Under the pieces are notes generated by a model. It saw only the letters and a program-made list of their open reading frames with translations. It was not told where the DNA came from and made no database searches. This document shows, piece after piece, positions 26,155 through 39,208 of a stretch of DNA of 64,000 nt. Numbering within the stretch: the first letter of the stretch is position 1; each line of letters starts with the position of its first letter. Source of the DNA: Hyaloraphidium curvatum SAG 235-1 (lineage: Eukaryota; Fungi; Monoblepharomycota); NCBI GenBank assembly GCA_025558095.1, contig JAIVFI010000010.1:558001-622000 (forward strand), read 5' to 3'. A program made the position numbers and the translations under genes.

Positions 26155-27413
26155 CTATTCTGCTAAAGCCTGCTTCAGCTGGTGCTGGATCTCGTCGATT
26201 TCGGGCCCCGTGGCGTTCTTGAGCCGCTCTTCGGCCTCCTGGAATGCCCGGATCCGCTGCTGAAACCGCTCCGTTGCCTCTTGCAGCTGACTCACGTCAT
26301 CGCCGCCCTTTTCCTGTATGGTTAGTAGCAGTCAGATACCGAATGGTTGGCCACTATTTCGACGGATCACTTGCCGGTAGGCTCTTGATCCATGCCGTGT
26401 CCACACCGCCGAACAACTTAGGCTTCACGATCTCGGCTTCAAGGGGAGTCCGGGTCAATCCAGCATCCCCGGGGGTCGGCAATATGGCTCACCGATAGCA
26501 TACGGCGAGAGAATCTCGGCCATGTACTGGTGGTTTTTCCGATACCGTTCCAAGGCCACCTCTCGAACGGAAATGTAGTCCAAGCCATCGCCGACGGGTA
26601 TAGGTACGTCATCGGGAGCCTTTCCGGCGCCCGGCTGCATTCCAGGCCTGTAACCTGCGGGATACTGCTGGCCCGGAAAGGCCCCCGGGAAGTTCTGCGC
26701 CCCGGGTTGCAGGCCAAGGTGCTGGGGAGCGCTCTCCGCGATCATGGCTCGCGGTACCGCCTTCGCGGCCTTTGAAACGGGGAGTGCGTGCACTGTTCCG
26801 AGAGGCAGCGTGTCCAGAGCGTTCTGTAGGGTAGCCGCACTTGCCTACCTTGAATCGGAAAGTACTGGTCTCCCGTCAGACAAAGGCAAAGAGACGCCGA
26901 ACACGCTACTCACGTGAATAATCTGCACCACGGTCGGCCCAGTCGATTCGGCGAAACGATATCTTCGCCTGGAAACCGACGACATGGTCTCCCCTCGCCT
27001 GAAGCCGTGCTGGTTCCGCAACGACCGTGAGCCGTCGAACGCCAAGCCAAATGCCCGGGTTGTCCACCTTCCGTTCGTAGCAAAGCACCTCGCGCTGGCC
27101 GGGAGAAAGCCCGTGCTCCACGAGGGATTCGTCATCCATGTAGCCGTATCCGTCCGATGGGAGCTTATCCTTGACGGCAATCGGAGTCTCGATAAAGTGA
27201 AGGTTGCCCACTATCCGCAAGGCAGGTCAGAAAGGTCCCTCCGGTGCCAGAGAGCGTCGTGGAGCCGTGCCGACCTGGAGGCAGGTCCAGAGTCTGTCGA
27301 AGGAAGTTCAACTGCATCCGGAAGCTGCTCTCCAGCAGTGCCGCTGCTTCCGTTATTCCGAGAGGCGCCAGAGGCCCGGATATGGCCGGAACGGCGATCG
27401 AAAGCGCGTCCAT
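26155..27413 (-). CDS. SSR4: SWI/SNF and RSC subunit Ssr4-like
   Basis: LPSDGYGYMDDE; GDGLDYISVREVALERYRKNHQYMAEILSPY. Confidence 0.7.
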
Positions 27414-27515
27414 GATTTGCGGGTCTTCTCACACTCCGGCGGACGAGGACGCGCGCGCGCGCTGGTGGCAGACCAACACGCGCCCTCCTCGGATTGCTGA
27501 CAGCCTGCCGCAACG

Positions 27516-29582
27516 ATGGTCGTCCTAGCGGCAGGCGTATGCACGAAATCCGGCAAAGGTCGGTCGCGCTCGCCGCCCGGGATTCGCCGCGGCACCTCAC
27601 ACCGGGCGGAATGCTACTCGCAGCGCTGGTGTCGCGCCAGTTCGTGGAAATGCAGCGCTCGCGCATTGAAGGCCTACTCGCATCGTTCCCGAAGCTCATT
27701 GGCAGCGGTGACCAGGTAAGGCCGCGTCAGAGTGCCCGCACGTTGTCCTGACCCCGCGTTCCCACCACCCAGCACACGTACCTCGGTACGGCGCCAACTC
27801 TTCGATTGCCGCCGCCCCAGACAACTTACGTGGCTCTTCCTCAGAGACGGAGTCCGTCCGATATGTGTACCAACCCATGGAGGAGCTGTACATGATCCTT
27901 GTCACCAACAAGACCTCGAACATCCTCCAGGACATCGACACCCTCCACCTGTTCGCGCGGGCCCTGTCGGAATACTGCCGCTCCGTGGACGAGAAGGAGA
28001 TTCTGAACCGGGCCTTTGAGCTCATTTCGGTGTTCGACGAGATCATCTCGCTGGGCTACAGGGAGAACGTTTCCCTGGCGCAGATTCGCACCATAACGGA
28101 GATGGAGAGCCACGAGGAAAAGATTGCCGCCGAGATTCAGAGAAACAAGGAGAAGGAGGCGCGGGAGGAGCTGAACCGGAAGGCTCGGATGATGGAGATC
28201 CAGAAGAAGCAGATGGGCAAGTCTGGTGGCTACGGAGGGAACATGGGCGGCTTCGGCGGCGGGAGCGGGTTTGGACCCGACCGTTCGCGGCCATCGCCGA
28301 CCAGCTACTCCGACTCTGCGCCGCAATCGAGCTACGAGTCGGAGAAGTCTCCGTTTGGAATGTTTGTTACCGCGGCCCCTTTCGCGAGGCTCCGTTGAAC
28401 TCGAATCCCCCGAAGGTCGTCAAGCAAAGGGCCTGCCGCACCTGCGCCGGGGCGTGGCATGCAGTTGGGCAAGAAACCTCGGGCGTCGGAGCTCATGGAG
28501 GCCATCAAGACCGAGGAGGGCCTGGACGATGCGCGCGATTCCGTGGCGAAGCCCGGACGGGGTCCTGCTGCCGCGGCCGTTCACACCGAGAGGTGCTATA
28601 GGCGTTGCAATGTTGCAGCTCCCCATCTTACTTTTTGCTGCAGCGTGCACATCGCCATCGAGGAGCGGATCTCTGCCCTCATCAAGAGGGATGGCGGTGT
28701 CAATAGCGTTGAGGTCAAGGGCGACATGATGCTGCGGGTATCGGACCCGTCGAAAGCACGCATCAAGGTCGCTGTTGCGGGCGCAACGGACGATGAGAGC
28801 GTGCAGTTCAAGGTACCGGAGGCGCTGTTCCGTCCCGCTTGATTCGTGACGTTGACGGGCCTTGCGAAGACGCATCCGAACGTTGACAAGGGATTATTTA
28901 CCTCTGACAACGTGCTTGCGTTGAAGGATTCGGGGAAACCCTTCCCGCTGAACCAGAGCCTCGGCATCCTGAGGTGGCGGCAGACTTCGAAAGAATCTGG
29001 AGCTATACCTCTGTCCAGTGAGTCGCACTCTCCGAAAGCGCTTCGGATCTATTCTCATCGGCGGCAGTCAACTGCTGGCCGTCACCGTCCGGTGAGGGCA
29101 CCTGCGATGTCAACATCGAGTACGAGCTGGAGAACAAGCGACTCGAACTCAAGGATGTGGTCATTTCCATCCCGTACCCGTGCGTCATGTGCGGTTCGCA
29201 GCTGTTGCTTGCTAATCGGAACGGGTAGGAGCGGCGGCGGGGCCCCGACCGTGGGAGAGGTGGACGGCCTCTACGAGATCGACAAGCAGCACCGCGTCAT
29301 CGAATGGCAGCTTCCGATCGTGGACAGCTCGAACCGGTCGGGCAGCTTGGAGTTCACCGTGAACAGCGACAACGTCAACGCCTTCTTCCCGATCAAGGTC
29401 ACCTTCTCCTCCTCCAAATCTCTCTTTGACATTGACGTACGTGTCGCGTGCACCGTCGGTACGCAGGACACTCTGACGCCTGCTCCCCGCAGATCAACGA
29501 AGTGTCCAGTGTGGACGACGATACCCCGGTCCAATTCTCCAAAGAGGTGTCCCTGATGACGGAGGAATACCAGATCGTGTAG
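27516..29582 (+). CDS. RET2: Coatomer delta subunit
   Basis: [14 protein letters not shown]; [22 protein letters not shown]; [26 protein letters not shown]; mu-homology C-terminus. Confidence 0.97.
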
Positions 29583-29607
29583 GCCTGCACAATACTCCTA
29601 TTGCGCT

Positions 29608-30320
29608 CTACAAGGATCTAGTAATATTCATGAATCTCCGTTTCGAAAAGCAGAGCCACCACTTGCTCGGTGCCTTGTCCGTATCGTAGATGCGTGCGCA
29701 AAGTCGGTTCGCAGTTTCTTGCCGAAGCTGGCTAAGGTAGGAGCGGAGAGTCTCTGCGGTGCCTCCCAGGTCATGCGCGAACAAGAAGGGCTGCTGCGGC
29801 GTCACCCACCAGTTTCCTGAGGGTTGGAAGGTTTCTGGAAGATGGCGTTGAGAGGGAAGTTGGGGTCGCCGGGGAGCGTGAAGGTCTGCAGTGCGTGCGT
29901 GTTCAGGAGCTTCACGCCGTCCTGCAGGCTGGGCACCGGGGTCTTCGCAGCAAGCTTTCCCAGGCATTCGGATATGAACACGGTGAGGTAGATGAGGAGC
30001 CGGTCTCCGTTGCCCTTGACTTCAAAGTTCCGGAAGAGACAGTTCGCCCGGAACAAGTTCAGTGCCTCGTCAATCGCATCATCCGCCGCCGCGTCCGCTG
30101 GGGTCCAGGACGCGTCAGACGCCGAAAGACGCGTCGTTGAAGTGGGCGCCGGCTGATACCTTGCGGGGGAGCAGGCCCTTTGGCCTTGGTCTTCAGCGGA
30201 ACCAGGGGGAGACTGGCAACGACTCGGAAGTCGCCCTCGTTGAACGACGAATGGTACGCCTACGACGGCATCATGTAGACCCAGCTTCCCGAAGCGGTGG
30301 CATCTACTCACGCCAGGCAT
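29608..30320 (-). CDS. ARPC3: Arp2/3 complex subunit 3 (p21-Arc)
   Basis: AYHSSF; [31 protein letters not shown]; [15 protein letters not shown]. Confidence 0.97.
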
Positions 30321-30363
30321 CGTTGATGAAGTGCGCTGGAACCCCGCGCCGACGCGATCGCGT

Positions 30364-31695
30364 ATGCACAGGGCCAAACGCGATCGAGCCAGTCAACCGT
30401 TTCATCCGATGATCAGCGGTCCGACTTCAGAAGGCACCCATCCCATTTATTGCATTCGTTTTCACATCCCTCATGCCGTTGCCGCCCGGCTCCAGATGAC
30501 CCGTCTCTCCTCGTCACGGTTCTGGACGTGAACGCGGCAACGTGGTCTTCGCTGGAGCGAGACCTGCCGCCTGTCCTGTTTCAGACCGTCGTCGATTCGG
30601 TGCTCATTTTTGCAAACTCTTTCTTGGCTTGTCGCCATGACAACTCGCTGGCGATCGTTGCCGCGATGCGGGACAGCAGGTCCGTCTCCGCCGCAAACGA
30701 TTCCAACAAGAGCTCACCGAACGAACTCTCATCAGTCGCCTGCTGCATTATACGGACGAGCCCGAAAGCACCGAAGCCTTGTCGGACCTCAGTCGGGTAC
30801 CGGATTCCTCGTACCTCCGGCATTGGACTCTCGGAGACAAGATCAGCTCCCGGGTGCGAACCTTGTTTGCCGAGCAACAGCAAGAGCTTCAGAAGAGTCA
30901 AAGTCCGTGACCTTGGACCGGCAGGCATCACCTTGGCTGATTTGGCGGCCTCCTAGCTTCGCCCAGCCCGAAGGATACGACGGTTGCCCTGTCGGGTGCG
31001 CTCTCCCTGGCGCTCTCTCGTAAGCAAGCTTTGTTTCATCGTGGCAAGCTAGAAGCTCACAACGTTGCCCAGACATCAACAAGGTCACCAAGGTCCGGGA
31101 CCTTGTCCATGTCCGCTCGCGCATCTTGGTCATATCAGCCTCGAGCGACGCCGCCGAGCAGTACATCCCCCTGATGAACTGCTTCTTTGCTGCGCAGAAG
31201 ATGGTGTGTGGAACTGTGTCTGGATGGCGGCTCGGGGCGCTGATGCCCCGCAGGCAGTTCCTATTGACATCTGCAGGTTGGGAAGCAGGGATTCGAGCAT
31301 GCTCCAGCAGGCCGCCAGCATCTCCAACGGCGTGTATCTTCGCTGCTCCGCTGAGGAGGCACTCCAGAAGTTGCTGGTGGGAATCTTAAGTTATCGATCT
31401 CCCGCCCACTGAACTGTCTGAACTGGTGAAAGTTCGCCTATCTTCCTGATCACTACTCGAGGGGCTACTTGCGACCGATCGGCAACAGGAACGTGGACTT
31501 CCGAGCTGCTTGCTTCTGTCACAGGAAGGTCATCGACGTAGGCTTCGTGTGCTCCGTGTGCCTCTCGAGTGAGCGCCATGTCTGCCTGGATGTCATCACC
31601 ACTGATCGGGACCGACAGTCTTTTGTGAGCCGCCGCGAGACGTGTGCTCGACGTGTGGAACCAAGTTGCATGCAGATCGAGTCTCATCCAAATAG
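30364..31695 (+). CDS. TFB4: TFIIH subunit Tfb4/p34 (start 30364 or 30409)
   Basis: DDPSLLVTVLDVN; QYIPLMNCFFAAQK; VDFRAACFCHRKVIDVGFVCSVCLS. Confidence 0.95.
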
Positions 31696-31813
31696 ATCGA
31701 TCGATGTATGTCCGGTGTGACTCGGGCAGTCCAGGGACCATCATGGGACCCCAAAGTGGCGCGCTCTTTCTCATCTTTCTGGACACGTCCTCGTCGACAG
31801 CGTAGACCGCACT

Positions 31814-33667
31814 ATGCCGGGCGGAATTTCCAACAAGCTTGGAATCCAGGATGTCGACGTCAAGGGGAAACGCGTTTTCATTCGGTTGGCCGAGCTACGG
31901 AGAGTCCCGGGGTCGGGGTCTGACCGAAATTCCGTGCCGCCATCAACCACGAACCAGCGTGGACTTCAATGTCCCCATGGATGGTCGGTGTCGGCGCGAC
32001 GTGATTCGTTGGGGTCGGGACAGCATTCATGGTTTCTCGCCTGCCTCCTCCAGGCACCAAGATCACGAACCCGCAGCGCATCGTCGCCGCCCTTCCCACC
32101 ATCAAGTACGCCATCGACAATGGTACAGTGACACTCTGTCTGATTGACAGTTGTCGGCAACTGAATTTGCTCCGGCGTGCAGGAGCTAAGGCCGTGATTC
32201 TTGCTAGCCACCTGGGCCGCCCGGATGGCAAAAAGGTCGACAAGTATTCCCTCAAGCCCGTGGCGGAGGAGCTCGAGAAGCTGCTGGGGAAGAAGGTGAC
32301 TTTCCTCCAGGACTGTGTCGGCAAGGAGGTCGAGGATTACTGTGCCAAGGCCACCGGTGGTAGGTTCTGCAGGCCCTGACCTTGTCCACTTCACGAACCG
32401 CGGTTCTGCCAAATAGGAGAGATCATCATGCTGGAGAACGTGCGTTTCCACCTTGAGGAGGAGGGCTCCGTTAAGGACAAGGAGGGAAAGAAGGTGTGAT
32501 CGGGCCTTCCCGTCACGAGTTCGGCCCTTCATCCCGATCGCCCCCCAGACGAGTGCTCCCAAGGAGGATGTCGCGGCCTTCCGTGCCTCTTTGACCAAGC
32601 TCGCGGATATCTATGTCAACGATGCGTTTGGCACCGCTCACAGGGCTCACAGGTACCGGGCCTGCGCTTGGATGCAGTCCAATCAAATGACCAGTATCGC
32701 AGCTCCATGGTCGGTGTGGAACTGCCAGTTCGTGCTGCCGGATTCTTGATGAAGAAGGAGCTGGACTACTTTGGGAAGGCGTTGGAGAACCCCGAACGCC
32801 CGTTCTTGGCCATCCTTGGAGGGTGGGACGGGCTCGCATATTTGCCGCCAAGTTCTGATCCAGTCATCTAGGGCCAAGGTATCGGACAAGATCCAGCTGA
32901 TCAACAACCTGATTGACAAGGTCAACGTCCTCATCATCGCTGGCGGGATGGCGTTCACGTTCAAGAAGCAGCTTGAGAACGTGAAGGTGGGTTTGTGGCC
33001 GCAAGCGCTTCAGCTGCGTTGGATTGACCCCCATTTGGGTGCCATTAGATCGGGAACTCGTTGTTCGACGAAGCTGGAGCCAAGATTGTCAAGGAGATTG
33101 TGGACAAGGCCAAGGCCAAGGGTGTCGCCATTCACCTTCCCGTTGACTACGTCACTGCCAATAAGTTTGCCAAGGATGCGGAGGTCGGCTATGCCACGGA
33201 TGCTGAGGGGATCCCTGATGGCTGGATGGGCTTGGACGTCGGGCCGAAATCGCGCGAGGACTTTGCCAAGGTCATCTCGACGGCCAAGACTGTCATCTGG
33301 AACGGGTACGCGGGTTTGGGCCGAGCCCATCCACGGACTCAGCTGACATGAGGTCCACGCAGTCCTCCTGGAGTGTTTGAGTTTGAGGCGTTTGATAAGG
33401 GGACAAAGTCCATGCTGGATGCCTTGATTGAGGCCAAGGAGAAGAATGGTGCCGATGTCATTGTGGGAGGAGGGGACACTGCAACTGCCGCTGCCAAGTG
33501 GGGTGCGGAAGACAAGCTGTCGCACGTCAGCACTGGAGGTGGTGCATCACTGGAGCTCCTTGAAGGTTCGTTTGCAGGTAGCACTTGCTGCATCATTTGT
33601 GGTGACCCGACTTCCATATCCAGGGAAGGAGCTGCCTGGAGTGACTGCGCTCACTGACAAGGCCTGA
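31814..33667 (+). CDS. PGK1: Phosphoglycerate kinase
   Basis: [14 protein letters not shown]; SHLGRPDG; [12 protein letters not shown]; [10 protein letters not shown]; [16 protein letters not shown]. Confidence 0.99.
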
Positions 33668-33916
33668 TCCAACACGTAGCTGAATAAATGAATCACGGCT
33701 CTTGGATAGAACTTGCATGAACGTACTGGTCTGTTCCAAAGTCCGCGTAATGTTGTCATACACCCCATATTGCGGGATGCTGTTGGAGTTCCGCCACACA
33801 GGACTCAATAGAATGGAAAGAGCCAGAGACATTGCACTCTCTCCTTAGTCCAGTGGTCTTACAGGGCTTCATAACCTGCCCCTGGCTTGGCCGCTGTTAC
33901 AGCATTGGTCTGCTGC

Positions 33917-34286
33917 TGTTGCGACGGACGGCTGGTCCTACCTCTAGTGTCAGGAGAGGCCGTAGGAGGCTGGTCCTGGCCTGCGGGATTGGGAGAACGG
34001 GGAGACGGAGTACGGGGGCTTGTAACTCTATCCGAACGTTCGGGTTGTACAGGCAAAGATCTATCGGTTTATATAGTCCGGTCCGCACAAGCGTGAGGCG
34101 TAGGTGCGTGTGGCGGAGCCAGGAAGAGTCCGGGAAAGCCTCAGAACCTTCCAGGGTGGCGTAGTCCCTGACATCTAGCTGGACTGGATGCTAGGGTGCC
34201 GTGTCCCTGGTGTGCGGAATTCCGTCGTGTTGTGATTGAGTTGGACCGATTCCCTACGATGGTGCTGGCTAAAGCAGCCCCGTCCA
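33917..34286. mobile_element. Short LTR-like insertion (TG..CA) with 5-bp TSD GCTGC
   Basis: gctgc at 33912-33916 and 34287-34291; removing the insert restores the LINE sequence gctgctaattg. Confidence 0.7.
33948..34173. mobile_element. Solo LTR (226 bp), TGTCAGG..CCTGACA, 5-bp TSD TCTAG
   Basis: 7-bp terminal inverted repeat; tctag at 33943-33947 and 34174-34178. Confidence 0.85.
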
Positions 34287-34584
34287 GCTGCTAATTGAAG
34301 AGTTCATTATCGTCGTGTATCTTTTTCATTTTCCCAGTTTTCCTGTCCTTCATGGACATTGAGATGAAGCTGGGGATGGAATGCTGAGCTGGCAATGCAG
34401 TTGAGGGCCTTCTCCTTCTTCCGTCTCAGTTTGATTGTGGGCTGGCACTCCTTGAAGCTCAGAGCCCAGAGGGAAAATAAAATTCCATGTTCCACTCGCG
34501 GTCCAGGGTTTCCAATCTGGTCTGCAGCTTTTGGCCTCGCTCTGCATTTGCTGAACAGCGAAACAGAAAGTGTTGTTCATCCAA

Positions 34585-35410
34585 GGAGCGGACGAAGCTG
34601 GAGAAGAAACTACGGAAGGTTGCCAAGAAAGGGAACTCCAAGTTGCTGGAAAGGCTCCTCAGGTAAGAGGCCTAAAGGGCAATTACTACCAGCTGCTGGG
34701 GAAGACACGCAAGGCGCAAGGGTAACCCTGTGGCCCTTTGCGGAGCTGGTACGCCACATGGAGATGGTTGCTAGGGCCGCGCGCATATGTGAGTAAGATT
34801 GGGGAAGACCCCAAACTCACGTTCCCACCGCTTCCTAGGGCCACGATCACGCTTCCTGGAGATCTGCTGCACTCCATCACGCTCAACGAGCTGGAAAAGG
34901 TCCCGAACAAGGCTCCCAACGGCACGGCAGCTGATGAAGATGAGATCAGGCTCGAGTTCATCAAGAACGGGACAGCTGTGCTGAAGCCAGCTGTTGTCTA
35001 GCTACCTCCTCAACAGCGTGCTCAATGGCATCAACATGGAAGACTGGGGCCAGACACTGCTGGTAGATGTAGATGTAGATGTAATGTGCAACTCACGCCC
35101 TGCTATACAAGCTTTGGCTCTTACACGATGTGTATCATTAGTAGATTGCTATCGGATCGATGTTGTCCTCAGTAACGTTTCTCTGTTCATCCATCCCTCT
35201 CAAAGCAGGCATTGCACGTCTTGCCCTGAATGCCTTATGGATAAATGTGCCGGCAGCCTCCAAGATCCGTCTCCTCCGCCAGAAGGTCTCCTTCTCCTCG
35301 CAGAATTTCACCTCTTCGTCTGATCCTGCACAAGAAGGGGCCCATGTAACAGCCCAAGAACGTGGCTGGCATCCACCGAGGCATCAGCATAGAGAGGACA
35401 CTGGAGAAGT
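34585..35410 (+). mobile_element. Inverted fragment of LINE ORF2 (linker and RT domains 0-1), interrupted at ~35063-35320
   Basis: ELEKVPNKAPNGTAADEDEIRLEFIK..EDWGQTLLV|ILHKKG..RGISIERTLEK; near-identical to 48243-48655. Confidence 0.85.
35063..35320 (-). mobile_element. Probable 3' end of a second non-LTR family with a (TACATC)n tail
   Basis: gtagat x3.5 at 35063-35083; the insert splits a sequence that is contiguous at 48571-48590. Confidence 0.55.
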
Positions 35411-36633
35411 AAAAATGAGTGCATGGGGCAAGAAGCAAGCTTGTTCTTGCTGCACAGTGCCTTTTGTCATCCTTGTGACCTGTTTTACTGGAATAGCAGA
35501 GTATTGGTGACCCAGACCTGCCCCTGGCTCAGCTGCTGTTATGCCACCAGTTTGCTGCTGATAGCAATTGCTTGTATGCATGTGTCAATGCCAATAGAGC
35601 AATAGAGGCAAAATTGGCACAGATGTGCTTCATTGGATGCATTTCAGAGGTGCATGCGGTAGAAGATGTTGCAAGCTGCTGCAAGGTGATGGTCTAGTCA
35701 AGTGTCCCACGCACACAGATAGAGATGGCCTGTCTTCCATTTCAGCAAGAGCGTGGTTAGATCCAAGCTTGGTGCCGATCTACATCTTGTGCTTTAGGTC
35801 GAAAGCCTCACCCGATGCCTAGCAAATGCGATGCTGGTACATGCTTCATGATGTCAATGCAAGGGCAGAGCACAAATATGCAGCCGTTTGCAACATACTG
35901 TAGCTTCATCGGCGCCCGCTTGTCTGCGAGACATCCACAGTGCCTTTATCCGTCCATGGCACCGGCGACGGCTTGGTGGTCCAACCCCTGGGTTGCCTCA
36001 AAACAGCGGATCCTGCGCTGTACCTACTTTACAAAGAGCTCAAGATCGAGGCACTGAAGGGGTCCTGGAACTGGGCTGCCTTCCTGAGGGAACTACTTGT
36101 ATATCGTGCGCGCGGTGGACTGCTGGAGTGCCCCCGCCGGGAATAGGGCCGTGGCCGTGGTGCCAGCCGTGGCACCCGCTTCCGCCTCACTGACTCATCA
36201 ACCGGGAGGCAGTTCATGGCCGAGATGGTCGGTGGCACAGAGGATGGAGACGAAAAGAGGCAGACCGATGATGGTGGGTTTCAGTTTGGCCATGACCAGG
36301 CGTGAGAATGGAGAGGCATGTCGTTGTTGGGGATGGACGGGTGGATGTGTTTGGAGCCTCTGGATCGAGTTGGAGTTGATCTTGGCATTGGAGCTGGACT
36401 TGGATGGGCGGATGGTTTCTGGCTAGCAATTACCTAGGGAAGCGGTCTCTTAGAGGGGGAATAACACAACAAACACCAGGATGCCACCTGCCTCAACTGC
36501 ACCTGTCTCTTGGTGCCTGTAGCCAAGGGTCTTTGAGGAAGCAAGCTTCCCCCGCTGGTCCCTTTTGACACCTTGAGCCAAAGGGTGTCAGGATCGGGGC
36601 CAGATCCTGGTCTAGGGCACTGCTAGAGGGCGT

Positions 36634-37856
36634 ATAGAATAGTATTGGTGGCCCGGACCTGCCCCTGGCTTGGCCGCTGTTACACCATGAGTTTGCTGCT
36701 AATTGCAAAGTTCATCGTCGTCGTGTGTCTTTTTCATTTTCCCAGTTTTCCTGTCCTTCATGGACTTTGAGATGAAGCTGGCAATGGAGTTGAGGGCCTT
36801 CTCCTTCTGCCGCCTCGCTTTGATCGTGGGCTCGAACTCCTTGATGCTAAAAGCCCAGAGCCAGGTCTCCATGGTCCACTCGCGGCCTAGTGCTTCCAAT
36901 CTAGTCTGCAGCTTCTGGCGCCGCTCCGCATTTGCTGAACAGTGAAACAGAAAGTGTTGTTCGTCTCCAATGTGCTCAGGGTCATACTTGCACGTTCTCT
37001 GCTGCACCTCAAGTCCTTGGTGCCTGCCTGTCTCCACCTCCAGGTCGTGGGTAGAGCACAGCAACTTTTGGACATCCCTCCGGTGCTTCTCCACCCGGAT
37101 CAAGGATGGTCCGATGTGGCCAAAGGTCATGTCACACATCCTCCAAAAGTGCAGTTTGCCGTTGTCCTTGAGCCTCTGGGCATTGATCTCCCTGAACTTG
37201 CCCTTCACAAGATTCTCCACAGTCTCCTTGGGCCATGAGACAGTGTCCTTCTCCCACATCTCCTTCCCATCTTCGCCACCATAGTATACAAGTAGTTCCC
37301 TCAGGAAGGCAGCCCAGTTCCAGGACCCCTTCAGTGCCTCGATCTTGAGCTCTTTGTAAAGTAGGTACAGCGCAGGATCCGCTGTTTTGATGCGCATGAG
37401 GAACTTGAGTGCCGACTCGTGGTCATGAACTGCAAGGGGGTACTGGCCAGTGATCGCATACAGACAGGCCAGGGAGGTAGACTTGGGCAGATGAGTGACG
37501 GCACGAAGAGCCATGCATGTCACTTTGTCCCTGGTGCTTTCCCCGGCAAGGTACTCCTCCTTCGGCATCTCAACAATGAACGGGTTCCCATATTGGCCCA
37601 CTGCCTTGACCTTTGTGTTGTAGAGCTTGAGCTGGAGGTCAGGACTCATCCCAGGCTGCTCCCTGATGTCACGGAGCCAGAGCCCATAAGCAGCGTTCAT
37701 CGTGGCCTCTCTGCCATGCACATGGTCCTTGCTCCGGCCGGTTGAGGTCAGCTGATACCCCAGAAGCTTGAAGCTGTCAACCCTCTTCAGCTCCTGGTCC
37801 CTGTACATGAGCTTTACACGGTGAGGTATCCTCCTGGCCATCCACTCTGTCTTGGA
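36634..37856 (-). mobile_element. 5'-truncated LINE family A: ORF2 C-terminus, 3' UTR and (CTATT)n tail
   Basis: ORF 36699-37841: VDSFKLLGY (RT end), KLYNTKVK, LEVETGRH..RTC..IGDEQHFLFHC (non-LTR C-terminal motif); atagaatag tail. Confidence 0.9.
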
Positions 37857-38721
37857 TCCTTGTGAGGCTCCAGCAGGTTCACATGAAGACTGGGTGGATC
37901 TTCACGTCCGGTGGTAGTTTCACTTTGTAGGCAACTGCAGACACCTTCCGTTCCACTGGGTACGGTCTAATCTTCTTGTAGTCCAGTTTCTTTGCTGGCC
38001 TCGTCGTTTTGATGTTCCTTGTCCGAATCCAGATTTTGTCTCCCTCCTTCAGCTCCGGAAATTCTGTCCGTTTCCTGTCTGCAAACTTCTTCTGGTCCTC
38101 CTGGGCCTGTTGAAGTTCTTCCTTCAGGATGTCGTTGATCTCTCTCAATTTGACAACCAGTTCTTCAGCTTTTGGCACCACTTTGTCCTTTGCTGCTTTC
38201 ACGTCAAACTTCGGATGAAAGCCGTAGTTTGCAAAGAATGGCGTCATTTTTGTTGATGCTGCATGGATGGAATTGTTGTAGACAAATTCCTCTAGAGGCA
38301 AGAGCTCTCTCCAGTTGTCCTGATCGTAGTTCACAAATGCTCTAAGGTATTGCTCCTGGGTCTGGTTGACGATTTCACACTGTCCATCTGTTTGTGGGTG
38401 AAAGGATGTGGACATTTTCACCTTCACGTCACACAGCTCCATGAGACGGTTCCAGAACTTTGACAAGAACTGCGTGCCTCCGTCCGAAATGATCTCATCC
38501 GGGAATCCATGCTCTTTGAAAACGTGCTTCAGGAACTTCTTTGCCGTCTGTTTCGAATCTGGCAGCTTCTTGAAGTCCAGAAAGTGCGCTTGTTTGGAGA
38601 GTCTGTCTACAACTGTGAGAATGCATGTTCTGCCCTCAGACTCAGGTAGTTCTACAATGAAATCCATTGAGATTGATGACCAGTTTCTCTCAGGTACTCC
38701 CAAAGCTGAAGTTCTCCGTAG
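37856..38721 (-). mobile_element. Ty3/Gypsy integrase fragment (rve core and C-terminal domain), copy 1
   Basis: WSSISMDFIVELP; VVDRLSKQAHF; HGFPDEIISDGGTQF; FHPQTDGQCE; AYKVKLP..IHPVF(H)VNLLEP; 1-nt deletions at both ends. Confidence 0.95.
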
Positions 38722-39208
38722 CGTGGCAGGCGACGCCACAAAAGCGCTTGAGGAGCCCATTGGCCTCAAGAGGCTTGCGCTGGCCCTGCAGGGCGGCTAG
38801 GCTCTTCTCCGGGGGGGCGCCGCGTCTGTTAGTGGGCAAACAACGCGTCGCGTGCTGAAGACGCGACCGCGGGCCTACGACAGCGTGTGCCTCACGTGTG
38901 CCGCTTGAAAAACGTGCCGTAGGACCGCGTGGCTCTCTGGCTCTGGGCGCGGAAACACGACACTTAACGGCGGCGCACGTCAAACATGGGACGCGTCGCT
39001 CGCGTGGACGCGCCCTGCCAAACAACAAGCGACCAACCGCGTGCGCTTTCTGGTGCGAAAGGGCGCAAATGGAGCAGGCAGCTGCGCGGCGCATTGGCTC
39101 TAAACACTGCCGACTGCCCGCCGGTGCGCCTCTTCAAGGAGGGGCCGCGGCACAAACAACGACATATCCGTGGATTCCGGTCTCTGGACACATAAGCGGC
39201 CAACACAG

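Larger units (their letters stand above)
33873..34584 (-). mobile_element. Decayed 3' end of LINE family A, interrupted by nested solo LTRs
   Basis: Similar to 36657-36965 (cctgcccctggcttggccgctgttac..; DEQHFLFRC). Confidence 0.85.

Noticed and set aside
38722-39200. Captured host gene within the tandem unit
   Set aside because: No recognisable protein in any frame; left unassigned
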